From Acidobacteriota bacterium (GTDB lineage: Bacteria > Acidobacteriota > UBA890 > WLXD01): a DNA stretch of 64,000 nucleotides. The position numbers and the translations under genes were made by a program. The DNA lies in assembly GCA_963666055.2 (NCBI GenBank), contig CAXWPH010000006.1, positions 1 through 64,000 on the forward strand, given 5' to 3'. The notes below the pieces were generated by a model. It did not search any database. It worked only from the letters and a program-made list of their open reading frames with translations, and was not told where the DNA came from. Below, piece after piece: positions 40,914 to 49,439 of this stretch (within the stretch, counting starts at the first letter, position 1; each line of letters starts with the position of its first letter).

Positions 40914-41876
40914 ATGAGCAGGCGCCAGGAGACGGCCGGGGGGTGGCTGCACCGGTACGCGCTGTTGGTGACAGCGGCGACCCTGGTGCTGATCGTCGCG
41001 GGCGGTATGGTGACCAGTACCGACTCAGGCCTGGCGGTACCCGACTGGCCGCTGTCGTACGGCATGCTCTTTCCACCGATGGTGGGCGGAATCTTCTACG
41101 AGCACGGCCATCGCATGATCGCCGGCGCCGTCGGCCTGATGACCGCAGTGCTGGCGTTCTGGGTATCGCGCCGTGAGGCCCGTGCTTGGGTGCGACGACT
41201 GGGCTGGCTGGCGCTCGGCACGGTGGTCGTTCAGGCGTTGCTCGGCGGCATCACGGTGATCTGGCTGCTGCCGCCTGTGGTGTCGACGTCGCATCTGGGA
41301 ACAGCGATGCTGTTCCTGGCAATCGTCACGCTGCTGGCGATCGCAACCTCGCCGAGCTGGCACGCCACCCACCGACGAACCACGGCGCCTACTGGTGAGC
41401 TGCGGCGGCTCGCCCTGGCGGCTACCGCCGCCGTTTACCTGCAGATCCTGCTCGGTGCGGCGATGCGCCACACCGGAGCCGGTCTCGCCTGCCCCGATTT
41501 CCCGCTGTGCAACGGACGGTTGCTACCCGATCTGACCAACGGCGCGATTGCCCTTCACATGTCGCACCGAGTCGGCGCGCTCGTGGTCACCGCTCTCGTG
41601 TTCTGGCTCGCCGAGCGCGCCTGGCCGCGGTATCCAGACGTACCCGAGTTCCGCCGCCCGGCGCTGGCGGCTCTCGGCTGCGTGACCCTGCAGGTCCTGC
41701 TCGGAGCGCTCAGCGTGATCTCGCGGCTGGGTGTCTACACGACCACCGCACACGTGCTCGGCGGCGCACTGTTGCTCTGCAGCCTGGTAGTGATCACCGC
41801 CCGGGCGCATCGCCGAATCACCCCGTCATCGGAGTCGCCCGTCGACGTGCGACAGGTCTCGGAGGCAATCGCTTGA
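40914..41876 (+). CDS. ctaA: Heme A synthase
   Basis: GLAVPDWP, EHGHR, GLACPDFPLC, HR and H motifs. Confidence 0.9.
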   Translation: MSRRQETAGGWLHRYALLVTAATLVLIVAGGMVTSTDSGLAVPDWPLSYGMLFPPMVGGIFYEHGHRMIAGAVGLMTAVLAFWVSRREARAWVRRLGWLALGTVVVQALLGGITVIWLLPPVVSTSHLGTAMLFLAIVTLLAIATSPSWHATHRRTTAPTGELRRLALAATAAVYLQILLGAAMRHTGAGLACPDFPLCNGRLLPDLTNGAIALHMSHRVGALVVTALVFWLAERAWPRYPDVPEFRRPALAALGCVTLQVLLGALSVISRLGVYTTTAHVLGGALLLCSLVVITARAHRRITPSSESPVDVRQVSEAIA

Positions 41877-42766
41877 CCACGTCGTCGGCCTCCGCAGCTA
41901 GCAGCCCTCCCACCCGGCTCGCCGATTACTTGGCGCTCACCAAGCCGCGCCTGAGCGCGCTCGTGCTCGCCACCACGGCGGCCGGGTTCCTGCTGGCGCC
42001 ACGGCCGAGCGCCACGTTGCTCCCACTGGCCTTCGCGCTGTTGGGCACCATCCTCGTGGTCGGCGGAGCAAACGCGCTCAACCAGGTGTACGAGCGTGAG
42101 ATCGACGCCCTGATGCGCCGCACGCGCGATCGGCCGCTGCCGTCCGGTCGCCTGTGGGCCGGACCCGCCGGGGCCTTCGGAGTCATGCTCGCGGTCGTCG
42201 GCGTCGCCGTTCTGGCGCTCCAGGTCAACCTTCTGTCGGCACTACTGGGCGCTGGCGGGTTCGTGCTCTACGTCTTCGTCTACACTCCACTGAAGCGTCT
42301 GTCGCGGCTCTGTACGCTGGTCGGCGCAATTCCTGGTGCCACTCCGCCGATGATCGGTTGGGCGGCGGCTACCGGGCAGCTCGATCGCACCGCCGCGGTG
42401 CTGTTCGCCATCCTGTTCTTCTGGCAGATGCCCCACTTTCTGGCTATTGCGCGGCTGTTTCGCGACGACTATCGCAACGCCGGCATGATGATGACGGGCG
42501 TTCAGGAGGACGATCCCCAAGCGTACCGACACATGATCCTCTACTGTGTAGCGCTGATCCCGATCTCAGCGTCGCTGGCCTGGACCGGCGCGACGGGAAC
42601 CGTGTACCTGGCCGGGTCGATCTTGCTCGGTGTGGGTTTCTTGGCGAGCGCCGTGCGCGCCGCATTGAAGCCCTCGCGGCAGACCGACCGGGCTGCCTTC
42701 CTCTACTCGTTGGTCTACCTGCCGGCGCTGCTCGCCCTCATGCTGCTAGACCGGCAAATCGTCTGA
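41873..42766 (+). CDS. ctaB: Heme O synthase (protoheme IX farnesyltransferase)
   Basis: LTKPR, DALMRRTRDRPLPSG, YTPLKR, WQMPHF. Confidence 0.95.
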   Translation: MTTSSASAASSPPTRLADYLALTKPRLSALVLATTAAGFLLAPRPSATLLPLAFALLGTILVVGGANALNQVYEREIDALMRRTRDRPLPSGRLWAGPAGAFGVMLAVVGVAVLALQVNLLSALLGAGGFVLYVFVYTPLKRLSRLCTLVGAIPGATPPMIGWAAATGQLDRTAAVLFAILFFWQMPHFLAIARLFRDDYRNAGMMMTGVQEDDPQAYRHMILYCVALIPISASLAWTGATGTVYLAGSILLGVGFLASAVRAALKPSRQTDRAAFLYSLVYLPALLALMLLDRQIV

Positions 42767-42779
42767 GCAGCCCATCCGA

Positions 42780-43232
42780 ATGGATACCGCTCCCGACTGG
42801 GTTCGCTCCCTGCCGCTCATCAACGCCGGGCTCAACGCCACCTGTGCCGTGCTGCTGCTGAGCGGCTACCGGTTCATTCGCAGGCGACGTATCGGGGCGC
42901 ATCGTGCCTGTATGCTCGGCGCTTTCGTCAGCAGCCTGTTCTTCCTGACCGGCTACCTGACGCTTCACTACCACATCGGCATAACCCGCTTCGGGCACGA
43001 GGGAACGACCGTCCGCGCCCTCTTCATGACAATCCTGCTGACCCACACGGTTCTCGCGGTCGCCACCGCGCCCATGGTCCTGTGGACGTTGGCGCTCGCG
43101 CTCCGCGGGCGGTTCGCGCAACACGCCGCGCTAGCGCGCTGGACGCTGCCGATCTGGTTCTACGTCTCGGTGACCGGGATCGTCGTCTACGTGATGCTGT
43201 ATCACGTGCCGGGGGCAGCGGGTGGACCCTGA
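42780..43232 (+). CDS. DUF420 (CtaM-like) membrane protein; 3' end is the island attachment site
   Basis: LPLINAGLN, AHRACM, LLTHTVLA, PIWFYVSVTGIVVY. Confidence 0.9.
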   Translation: MDTAPDWVRSLPLINAGLNATCAVLLLSGYRFIRRRRIGAHRACMLGAFVSSLFFLTGYLTLHYHIGITRFGHEGTTVRALFMTILLTHTVLAVATAPMVLWTLALALRGRFAQHAALARWTLPIWFYVSVTGIVVYVMLYHVPGAAGGP

Positions 43233-43504
43233 CGTGGCGGCAAATTTTCGCATAAGTCCTTTTATTCAAAGGAGGCGACGTCGAGAAGGCGCGACGCCGG
43301 AGATCCACTGACACCACTCTATGCCTTAGAGGGACCGAACTATTGAGTAGCGGCCAGGCAATCGGCCCAGCCAAAGAACAGACAAATAGGCCGCGGGCCC
43401 AGTCGCTGCCCTTGCGAACCGGCACGGGTCCTGACCGCGATCATGCACAGATCACACCGCTCAGGATAACCTGACGACGTCGAGTTTCCGAGGAGTCCCT
43501 GCCG

Positions 43505-43523
43505 CCCCCCCCCCCCCCCCCCC
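43505..43523. repeat. Poly-C tract (19 nt)
   Basis: Direct reading; 115 bp upstream of the ApeA-like gene. Confidence 0.85.
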
Positions 43524-43638
43524 AGCAGAGTTCGATCCGGACAACCACACCTCGCGGCGAGGGTTGCGCCCCAGCTTTCGCCCTCGGGTTCGCTCGGCAA
43601 ACTAGCCGTTCCATCATCGCATCAAGCCGAGAGTACAA

Positions 43639-45018
43639 ATGGAAACCCTGCAGGAAACGGCCGGCATTTGGTGGCTGCCGGATGCTCCGGATCGCTGCGT
43701 TCCGGGGCTCGTCAGCTTTTCGATCAACGACGGTTTCCGTCTACGATTACCGCTGGAAAATCTTGCGGAAGGCACAGCGCCGGACGCGGGCCCGTTCCAC
43801 GCGGACAGGTGCATTCACGGTCGGCTCCAAAACGGCAAGAAGGTCACGCTAGCGTCGCCCGACCGGGTAGCAAGTTACGTCGGCGTCCCCGGTGAAGAGT
43901 ACATGTGCGATGTGGGCTTTCTCGGCAAAGTCAACTGTTCGGCGGATCCCCAGATCGACCTGGCGAGAATCTCATACACCAACCTGAGAGAGTGGGCAGC
44001 TGAACATCCCCTGGACGTAACGTTCCACGAGGACCGCGCAGGTAGCCTCGGCCGTGTTGAGTACGAATACGAAGGGCTGCCCGCTCGGAAATTGGCAGCG
44101 GGCGGCGAATGGTCCATCGAGATCTGCCACACAACGACGCTTCCGGTGCCGAGCCCAGCAGGCGCTAACATTCGGCATGACTGCTACCTAGAAATTACCT
44201 TCGATCCGCCACGGGGTCTCTCTGACGCCGACGATCAACTGCACGGGCCACTGTGGCAGTTCGTTTCGTTCGCAATTGACAAACCTGTGGCCTGCAAGAG
44301 CCTCAAAGTCCGAGAAGCGCAAACGGGCGCATGGCTTGAGGTCAGGAGAGCTCAGTCAGAGATCCGGGAGGAGCGTGCAACGCCACTTGCCGCGATGATG
44401 CTCTTGCCGCTGCCGTCGTGCCTCGACCGGCAACCACGCCTCCTGGAGACGTGGCTCCACTTCCGAGGGGATCTTCGCCGAGCCGCTTCTCTGCTCTTTG
44501 GCTTGGGCAGGGAAGAACTGCTCATAGACTTGCGATTCCTGGCTGCCGTACAGGCCTTTGAAGCCATGGCACGGTCGATCGCAGATGAGTTCGAACTTGA
44601 GCAAGAGGAGTTCGCGAGGCGCCTAAGCGTAGTAGAACGGGCCCTTGGGGACGACAATAGGATCAGGCGGTGGGCCAAGCGAAAGCTCCAGCATGCCAAT
44701 CGAAAATCCGCAGACCATCTAGCACGCGAACTCTTGCGTTTCGTCGGAATATACGCGACCAAGCTAGTGCCGAGTGCAGACCGCTTCCTGAAGCAGATTC
44801 GTGAGAATCGAAACTTCTACACCCATCGCGATAGTCGTGGGAAGGAAGTCGTCCTTGAAGGCATTCCACACCACTTGCTCACGGAAGCCGTTATCTGTCT
44901 GCTCAAGGCAAGTCTCGTGCGCCACCTCGGATTCGGGCCGGAGGAGACAGCCGCCATTCTCGCCGATTGCCCGAAAGTTCAGCAGACTACGCGACGCGTC
45001 GCCGCGGAGTATCTATAG
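43639..45018 (+). CDS. ApeA-like HEPN ribonuclease (ApeA N-terminal domain plus HEPN)
   Basis: GIWWLPD...GLVSF N-terminus; FLAAVQAFE and RNFYTH (Rx4H) HEPN motif. Confidence 0.82.
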   Translation: METLQETAGIWWLPDAPDRCVPGLVSFSINDGFRLRLPLENLAEGTAPDAGPFHADRCIHGRLQNGKKVTLASPDRVASYVGVPGEEYMCDVGFLGKVNCSADPQIDLARISYTNLREWAAEHPLDVTFHEDRAGSLGRVEYEYEGLPARKLAAGGEWSIEICHTTTLPVPSPAGANIRHDCYLEITFDPPRGLSDADDQLHGPLWQFVSFAIDKPVACKSLKVREAQTGAWLEVRRAQSEIREERATPLAAMMLLPLPSCLDRQPRLLETWLHFRGDLRRAASLLFGLGREELLIDLRFLAAVQAFEAMARSIADEFELEQEEFARRLSVVERALGDDNRIRRWAKRKLQHANRKSADHLARELLRFVGIYATKLVPSADRFLKQIRENRNFYTHRDSRGKEVVLEGIPHHLLTEAVICLLKASLVRHLGFGPEETAAILADCPKVQQTTRRVAAEYL

Positions 45019-45573
45019 ACCCGACCGAAGGAGCCCGCACTACGCTGCACGATGAGACCAGGGATCGAGGCACCATGGTCCAAGCTGCCGATCCCGGACC
45101 TGATCCCGCCACGCTGCGCCATCAGCACCATCTTCCGCACCGATCGATGTCGGCCTGCCACCGTGCCCAGTTACCACGATCGATTGCCACTGCCCTGCGT
45201 TCTCGGACAGCCCGAGCGACGCGCTGAAGCGTACCTCGTTGACGAACGGCCTGATCCCCGAAAACGGACACAGATGTAATCTCACGATCTGGGTCGATGA
45301 CGCCACCCAGAAATCGGCACCAGTCAGAGGTTTAGGATTCGATGTTCCGAAGCCTCCGGGTGCCAGCCCGTGGCGAGGCGCTGTTGTCGTACTGACTCAC
45401 GAGGGACCATTCGAGCTTCTCGCCGGTGTAGTGATCAACAGGTCCGTGACGCGGCACGCGGACGACGCGCCGCGGTCAGCTGCTGGCGCTTGATGCTTAT
45501 CAAGGCCCCCTCTTCAGAGGTACACACCAGCTAGCCTGGTGCTGTGCTGTCCACCGAGAGAGGAGGCCTCGAT

Positions 45574-46620
45574 ATGCGCTTCTACACTCAGCAACATCAG
45601 TATTACTGCGGCATCGATCTTCACACCAGAGTGATGTACGTCTGCGTGCTCGATGCCGCGGGCGACAAGCTCGTGCACCGCAACATTCCGGCCCGGGCAG
45701 CGCCGCTGCTGAAGCTGCTCGAGCCCTACCGCCCCGACGTCGTTGTCGGCGTGGAGTGCATGTTCACCTGGTACTGGATCGCCGATCTGTGCGAGGCGCA
45801 AGAGTTGCCGTTCGTACTCGGCCACGCCCTCTACATGAAGGCGGTCCATGGCGGCAAGGCGAAGAACGATCGGATCGACTCGCTGCAAATCGCCTCCATC
45901 CTCCGCGGCGGCAACTTCCCGCAGGCGTACGTATACCCACGGGCCATGCGCTCCACCCGTGATCTGCTGCGGCGCCGTACCCACTTCGTACGCAAGCGCG
46001 CTGAGCTACTCAGCCACATCCGCAACACCAACTCCCAGTACAACCTCCCCGACCTGACCCGCTCCCTGGCCCCCAAGGCCAACCGCGCCGATGTCGCCGA
46101 GCGGTTCGCCGATCCCTCCGTGGCTGCCAGTGTCCAACTGGACCTGGAGCTCATCGACACCTACGACCGGCTGATCACCGCCGTGGAGTTGAAGCTCATG
46201 CGCGCCGCCAAGCGCCACGACGCCAACGGAGTGCATCGGCTGCGCTCCATTCCCGGCGTCGGTAAGGTGCTGTCGCTGACCATCCTGTACGAGATCGGCG
46301 ACATCGGCCGCTTCGACCGCGTGCAGCAGTTCGCCTCGTACTGTCGCCTGGTGAAGCCGCAGCGCTCCTCGGCTGGCAAGCTCCAGGGTCATGCCAACTC
46401 CAAGATCGGCAACCCGCACCTGAAGTGGGCGTTCTCCGAGGCCGCCATCACCTTCATCCGCCACTGCCCCCAAGGGCGCCGGCTGTACGAGCGACTCGTC
46501 CGCAAGCACGGCAAGGGCAAGGGCAAGGCGCTCTCGGTGCTCGCTCACAAGCTCGCTCGAGCCGCCTACTTCATGCTCCGCAGACAGCAGACCTTCGACA
46601 TCGACAGGCTCGTGGCCTGA
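45574..46620 (+). CDS. IS110-family DEDD recombinase/transposase
   Basis: GIDLH, VGVEC, KNDRIDS, SIPGVG, QRSSAGK; AGGAGG RBS. Confidence 0.95.
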   Translation: MRFYTQQHQYYCGIDLHTRVMYVCVLDAAGDKLVHRNIPARAAPLLKLLEPYRPDVVVGVECMFTWYWIADLCEAQELPFVLGHALYMKAVHGGKAKNDRIDSLQIASILRGGNFPQAYVYPRAMRSTRDLLRRRTHFVRKRAELLSHIRNTNSQYNLPDLTRSLAPKANRADVAERFADPSVAASVQLDLELIDTYDRLITAVELKLMRAAKRHDANGVHRLRSIPGVGKVLSLTILYEIGDIGRFDRVQQFASYCRLVKPQRSSAGKLQGHANSKIGNPHLKWAFSEAAITFIRHCPQGRRLYERLVRKHGKGKGKALSVLAHKLARAAYFMLRRQQTFDIDRLVA

Positions 46621-47060
46621 TGGTAGGGCGGCGGGTGAGCCAGACGTCTAACGGGACGATCAGGGCCCAACCGACCAAGGTATGGTATCCATTCGGTGGC
46701 ACCGACCACGAACCCGACCGTACCGCGGTGACCGTGCCCGGAGCCCGCGCGCTTGATGGGACGCCCGCCGTCGCTGCCGCTACGCCAGATCCGTGGCGCT
46801 CTGCCCCTCACCCGAGCCTGCGCCTAACTGGAGAGTCGTCGCTGGCGGCTCATCCCTGCTCTTGAAGAGGCCGGCACGAGGGTACCGATTAGTTTCTAGG
46901 CCCGCGGGCGGTGCCGCCCGCTCCCGGCGTATCGTCGGGTGAGCCTCGATAGGTGTTGGGTGCAGACGCCTCTGCACCAGATCTTGAAACGAAGTCGGAG
47001 CCGGCGGATCTCGATGCAATCCAACCGCGGTAATCCTTCCGCGCTAGGACCGACTGTGCC
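46621..47060 (+). ncRNA. Putative bridge/seek RNA region of the IS
   Basis: Contains matches to both target flanks and to the donor end; exact ends unknown. Confidence 0.6.
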
Positions 47061-47086
47061 CTTGACCACCAGGGGCCTTATAGGTG

Positions 47087-47381
47087 TTAGGCGGCTGTTA
47101 ATGGCCGCCCCTGGTGAGGCGCGATCGACGTCATCGCCAGCACCTAGACCAACCACTTTCTGATACGGCCCTTGGTCGACACGGACGGACGTGATCCGAA
47201 ATAACTCCATCGACTCGGTGTTGCTCCCGAGGCGAAACGCATTCGACCTAGATTTGAAGAGCCGCGCCGTAGTGATCTTGTAAAACTCCGGCTTGATCAC
47301 CCTACCGAAAGGGTTTGTTAGCACAGAATTCGAACCGCGCCAGAGTGTCTTTTCCTTCGGCTTCTTGGAGAACAGACCCAT
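47087..47381 (-). pseudogene. Truncated bacterial PH-domain-like protein
   Basis: GGAGG RBS; LWRG...YKITTARL...ESMELFRITSVRVDQGPYQKVVGLG; frame then runs into the IS. Confidence 0.6.
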
Positions 47382-47465
47382 GGACTACCTCCGCTTGAGG
47401 TTAGATCATGAGCATACGGACAAGCGGCCGCAGGGTGGCGGTCGGCTGCCCCGGCCAGATTACTG

Positions 47466-48695
47466 CTAGCTCACACCCTCGACCACAAACTCAAAAAGGT
47501 CCGCCTTCGACGTGCGCTTACGTATCGTCCGATAGGTTACTTGGTGGAATCCCGCCTCCCCGAAGATCGACACAAGCGCCTTTTCAGTCTCCACTAAGTG
47601 TCCGTAGAACGTGGAATTCCCCACTACGTAGTGAAACCTTCCTTTCGGAGCCATTACCGATCTGAGCGCCTGAGCATGGCGCCACATGTCAGAAAAGTAA
47701 CGCAGAACGTACGTCGACATTGCGGTTGCGCTCGGGACATCCTCCCTGCCGATCCGTTTCGCCACACTGCTGATCGTCGCAGGGACGAAGACATCGTGCG
47801 GGACAACCCAATCCGTCAGCCGAGACGTAGCCGCTCCCCACGTACCCCCGATCGCGTTCCAGTCAAGAACCCCGGCATCTGAAGGAGAGACCAAGTACCC
47901 CAACCAGTACATGAACGGTCGTAGCTCCCGAATCAATGACACACGATTAGGGTAGGGTGGAGACGTCGCAACGACGTCGATCGAGCCTCGATCGACGATG
48001 TCAAGCGTACGCGCGTCGCCAGTGCTCGTGGTTGGAGTGCGCTCAGGATTAACTGCCGCCGTCTCGAGAACGAAGCGCATGGCGTCCCCAAAGGGATCTT
48101 CCTCAAGCGGAAGCGACTCTTGGGCTGGTCCGTCGAACTGAAATGATAGCGACTGGTGCCGCGGTGTCAGGTTGGCCAGCTCGCCGACCACTCTGCAAAA
48201 GCCGACTAGCAAAAGGTCCCGGGCCTTGGCACCACACGGGGCGTTGGCGATGCCCGTCTTTGTCTTTCTAAGAAATAGGAGACGCTCGGGAGTCCACCAA
48301 CGCTCGATATTGTGGACGGGCGGCGCGCAGACCAGCGGCCGGCTGACCGCGCTATTCGTGACGATCGCGTCCATCACCTCGCGCGCCTCGCTCAGATCTT
48401 CGGAAGTGTACGTCGCGCACTTGGCTCGCGTGAGCCAGGACATGAACGGATTAATGTCAAGGCTTACTGCGTGTAGTCCCCGCGTGGCCGCGGCAAGCGC
48501 TGTCGTGCCGGTCCCCCCGAAAGGATCCAGAACAGTCGCATCAGCGGTTGTTTCTGCGAGCAGCTCTTCCGCAAGCGTTACTGAATACGCTGGCGCTACA
48601 CGGAGCCACCCGTGACGCCCCTTTTTCCTGTTATGACGCGATGTGTACTCCGGTCGCAACGTCAGCGGGGCAGGCAGGTTTCCTCGGCGTGGCAT
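47466..48695 (-). CDS. DNA methyltransferase (amino-type, motif I before SPPY, likely N4-C)
   Basis: VLDPFGGTGTT, DINP, TSPPY, VVGNS. Confidence 0.85.
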   Translation of the reverse strand: MPRRGNLPAPLTLRPEYTSRHNRKKGRHGWLRVAPAYSVTLAEELLAETTADATVLDPFGGTGTTALAAATRGLHAVSLDINPFMSWLTRAKCATYTSEDLSEAREVMDAIVTNSAVSRPLVCAPPVHNIERWWTPERLLFLRKTKTGIANAPCGAKARDLLLVGFCRVVGELANLTPRHQSLSFQFDGPAQESLPLEEDPFGDAMRFVLETAAVNPERTPTTSTGDARTLDIVDRGSIDVVATSPPYPNRVSLIRELRPFMYWLGYLVSPSDAGVLDWNAIGGTWGAATSRLTDWVVPHDVFVPATISSVAKRIGREDVPSATAMSTYVLRYFSDMWRHAQALRSVMAPKGRFHYVVGNSTFYGHLVETEKALVSIFGEAGFHQVTYRTIRKRTSKADLFEFVVEGVS

Positions 48696-48709
48696 ATGCG
48701 TGTGCAGCT

Positions 48710-49438
48710 CTATATGGGCCTGCGGAGGCTTTTCATCTCCGCCAGCTGGGCCTTCACCCTGGCAAGTTCTCTGCGGCAGCCTCGTAGCGTCAGTCCATCA
48801 TCTTCAACAACGATTGTCGGCTGAGTCCCGGTCTCGAGTTGAAATACAGCGACAGCCTCGCTGAACCCCTTTGATCGGAACTCACCGATCGGCTGCCAAC
48901 GAGTGTGTGTTCTAGACGCCTCGCGGAACGCCGCTGAACAGAGAACGGCGCCAGCAACGCATTGCCCCATCAGCCGGGCGCACCGATCGACCACAGCGCC
49001 GTGAGGATCCTGCATGTGGAGTCCGGGTGAGGCGTCGGTGCCCTCGGACTCCGCCTGTCCGAAATCCAGAAGACTCACCGCGCCGTAGTCCATGGCGATC
49101 TTTACCCGGAACCGCTCCTCTTCGATCTCCTCACAGAAGCTCAACACTCGCTCAGCGGCCTGTTCGGCCGACAACACGGCGGCATTGCCGTCAAATGTCG
49201 CCATGACTTCGTCGCCAATGTACTTCACTACGCGCCCCGACGACTCTATTATCCGTGTCACTCCAAGCAGGAACTTAGCCAACCTCGGTAGCCATTCTTC
49301 TTCATTCGGGTGCTCCGTCTTGAACTCCGTGGATCCAGCTAGGTCCACGAACATCACCGCGAGCGTCTTCTGAGACCTGAGACTTTCAAGGTCCTCACTG
49401 ACGCGCTTAGCGAGCCTGACAATCTCCTGGAGTTCCAT
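48710..49438 (-). CDS. Class III nucleotidyl (adenylate-type) cyclase
   Basis: VMFVDLAGST, VVKYIGDEVM, QDPHGAVVDRCARL, SKGF. Confidence 0.88.
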   Translation of the reverse strand: MELQEIVRLAKRVSEDLESLRSQKTLAVMFVDLAGSTEFKTEHPNEEEWLPRLAKFLLGVTRIIESSGRVVKYIGDEVMATFDGNAAVLSAEQAAERVLSFCEEIEEERFRVKIAMDYGAVSLLDFGQAESEGTDASPGLHMQDPHGAVVDRCARLMGQCVAGAVLCSAAFREASRTHTRWQPIGEFRSKGFSEAVAVFQLETGTQPTIVVEDDGLTLRGCRRELARVKAQLAEMKSLRRPI

Positions 49439-49439
49439 G

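Larger units (their letters stand above)
45491..47086 (+). mobile_element. IS110-family (IS1111-type) insertion sequence
   Basis: Subterminal IRs TATCAAGGCCCC (45498-45509) and GGGGCCTTATA (47072-47082); TG core at both junctions; outward TTGACC at 47062; long 3' non-coding region. Confidence 0.85.

Noticed and set aside
48710-49438. Calling the cyclase operon Pycsar or CBASS
   Set aside because: No cNMP-binding TM or TIR effector and no CD-NTase are present, and the specificity residues look ATP-type.
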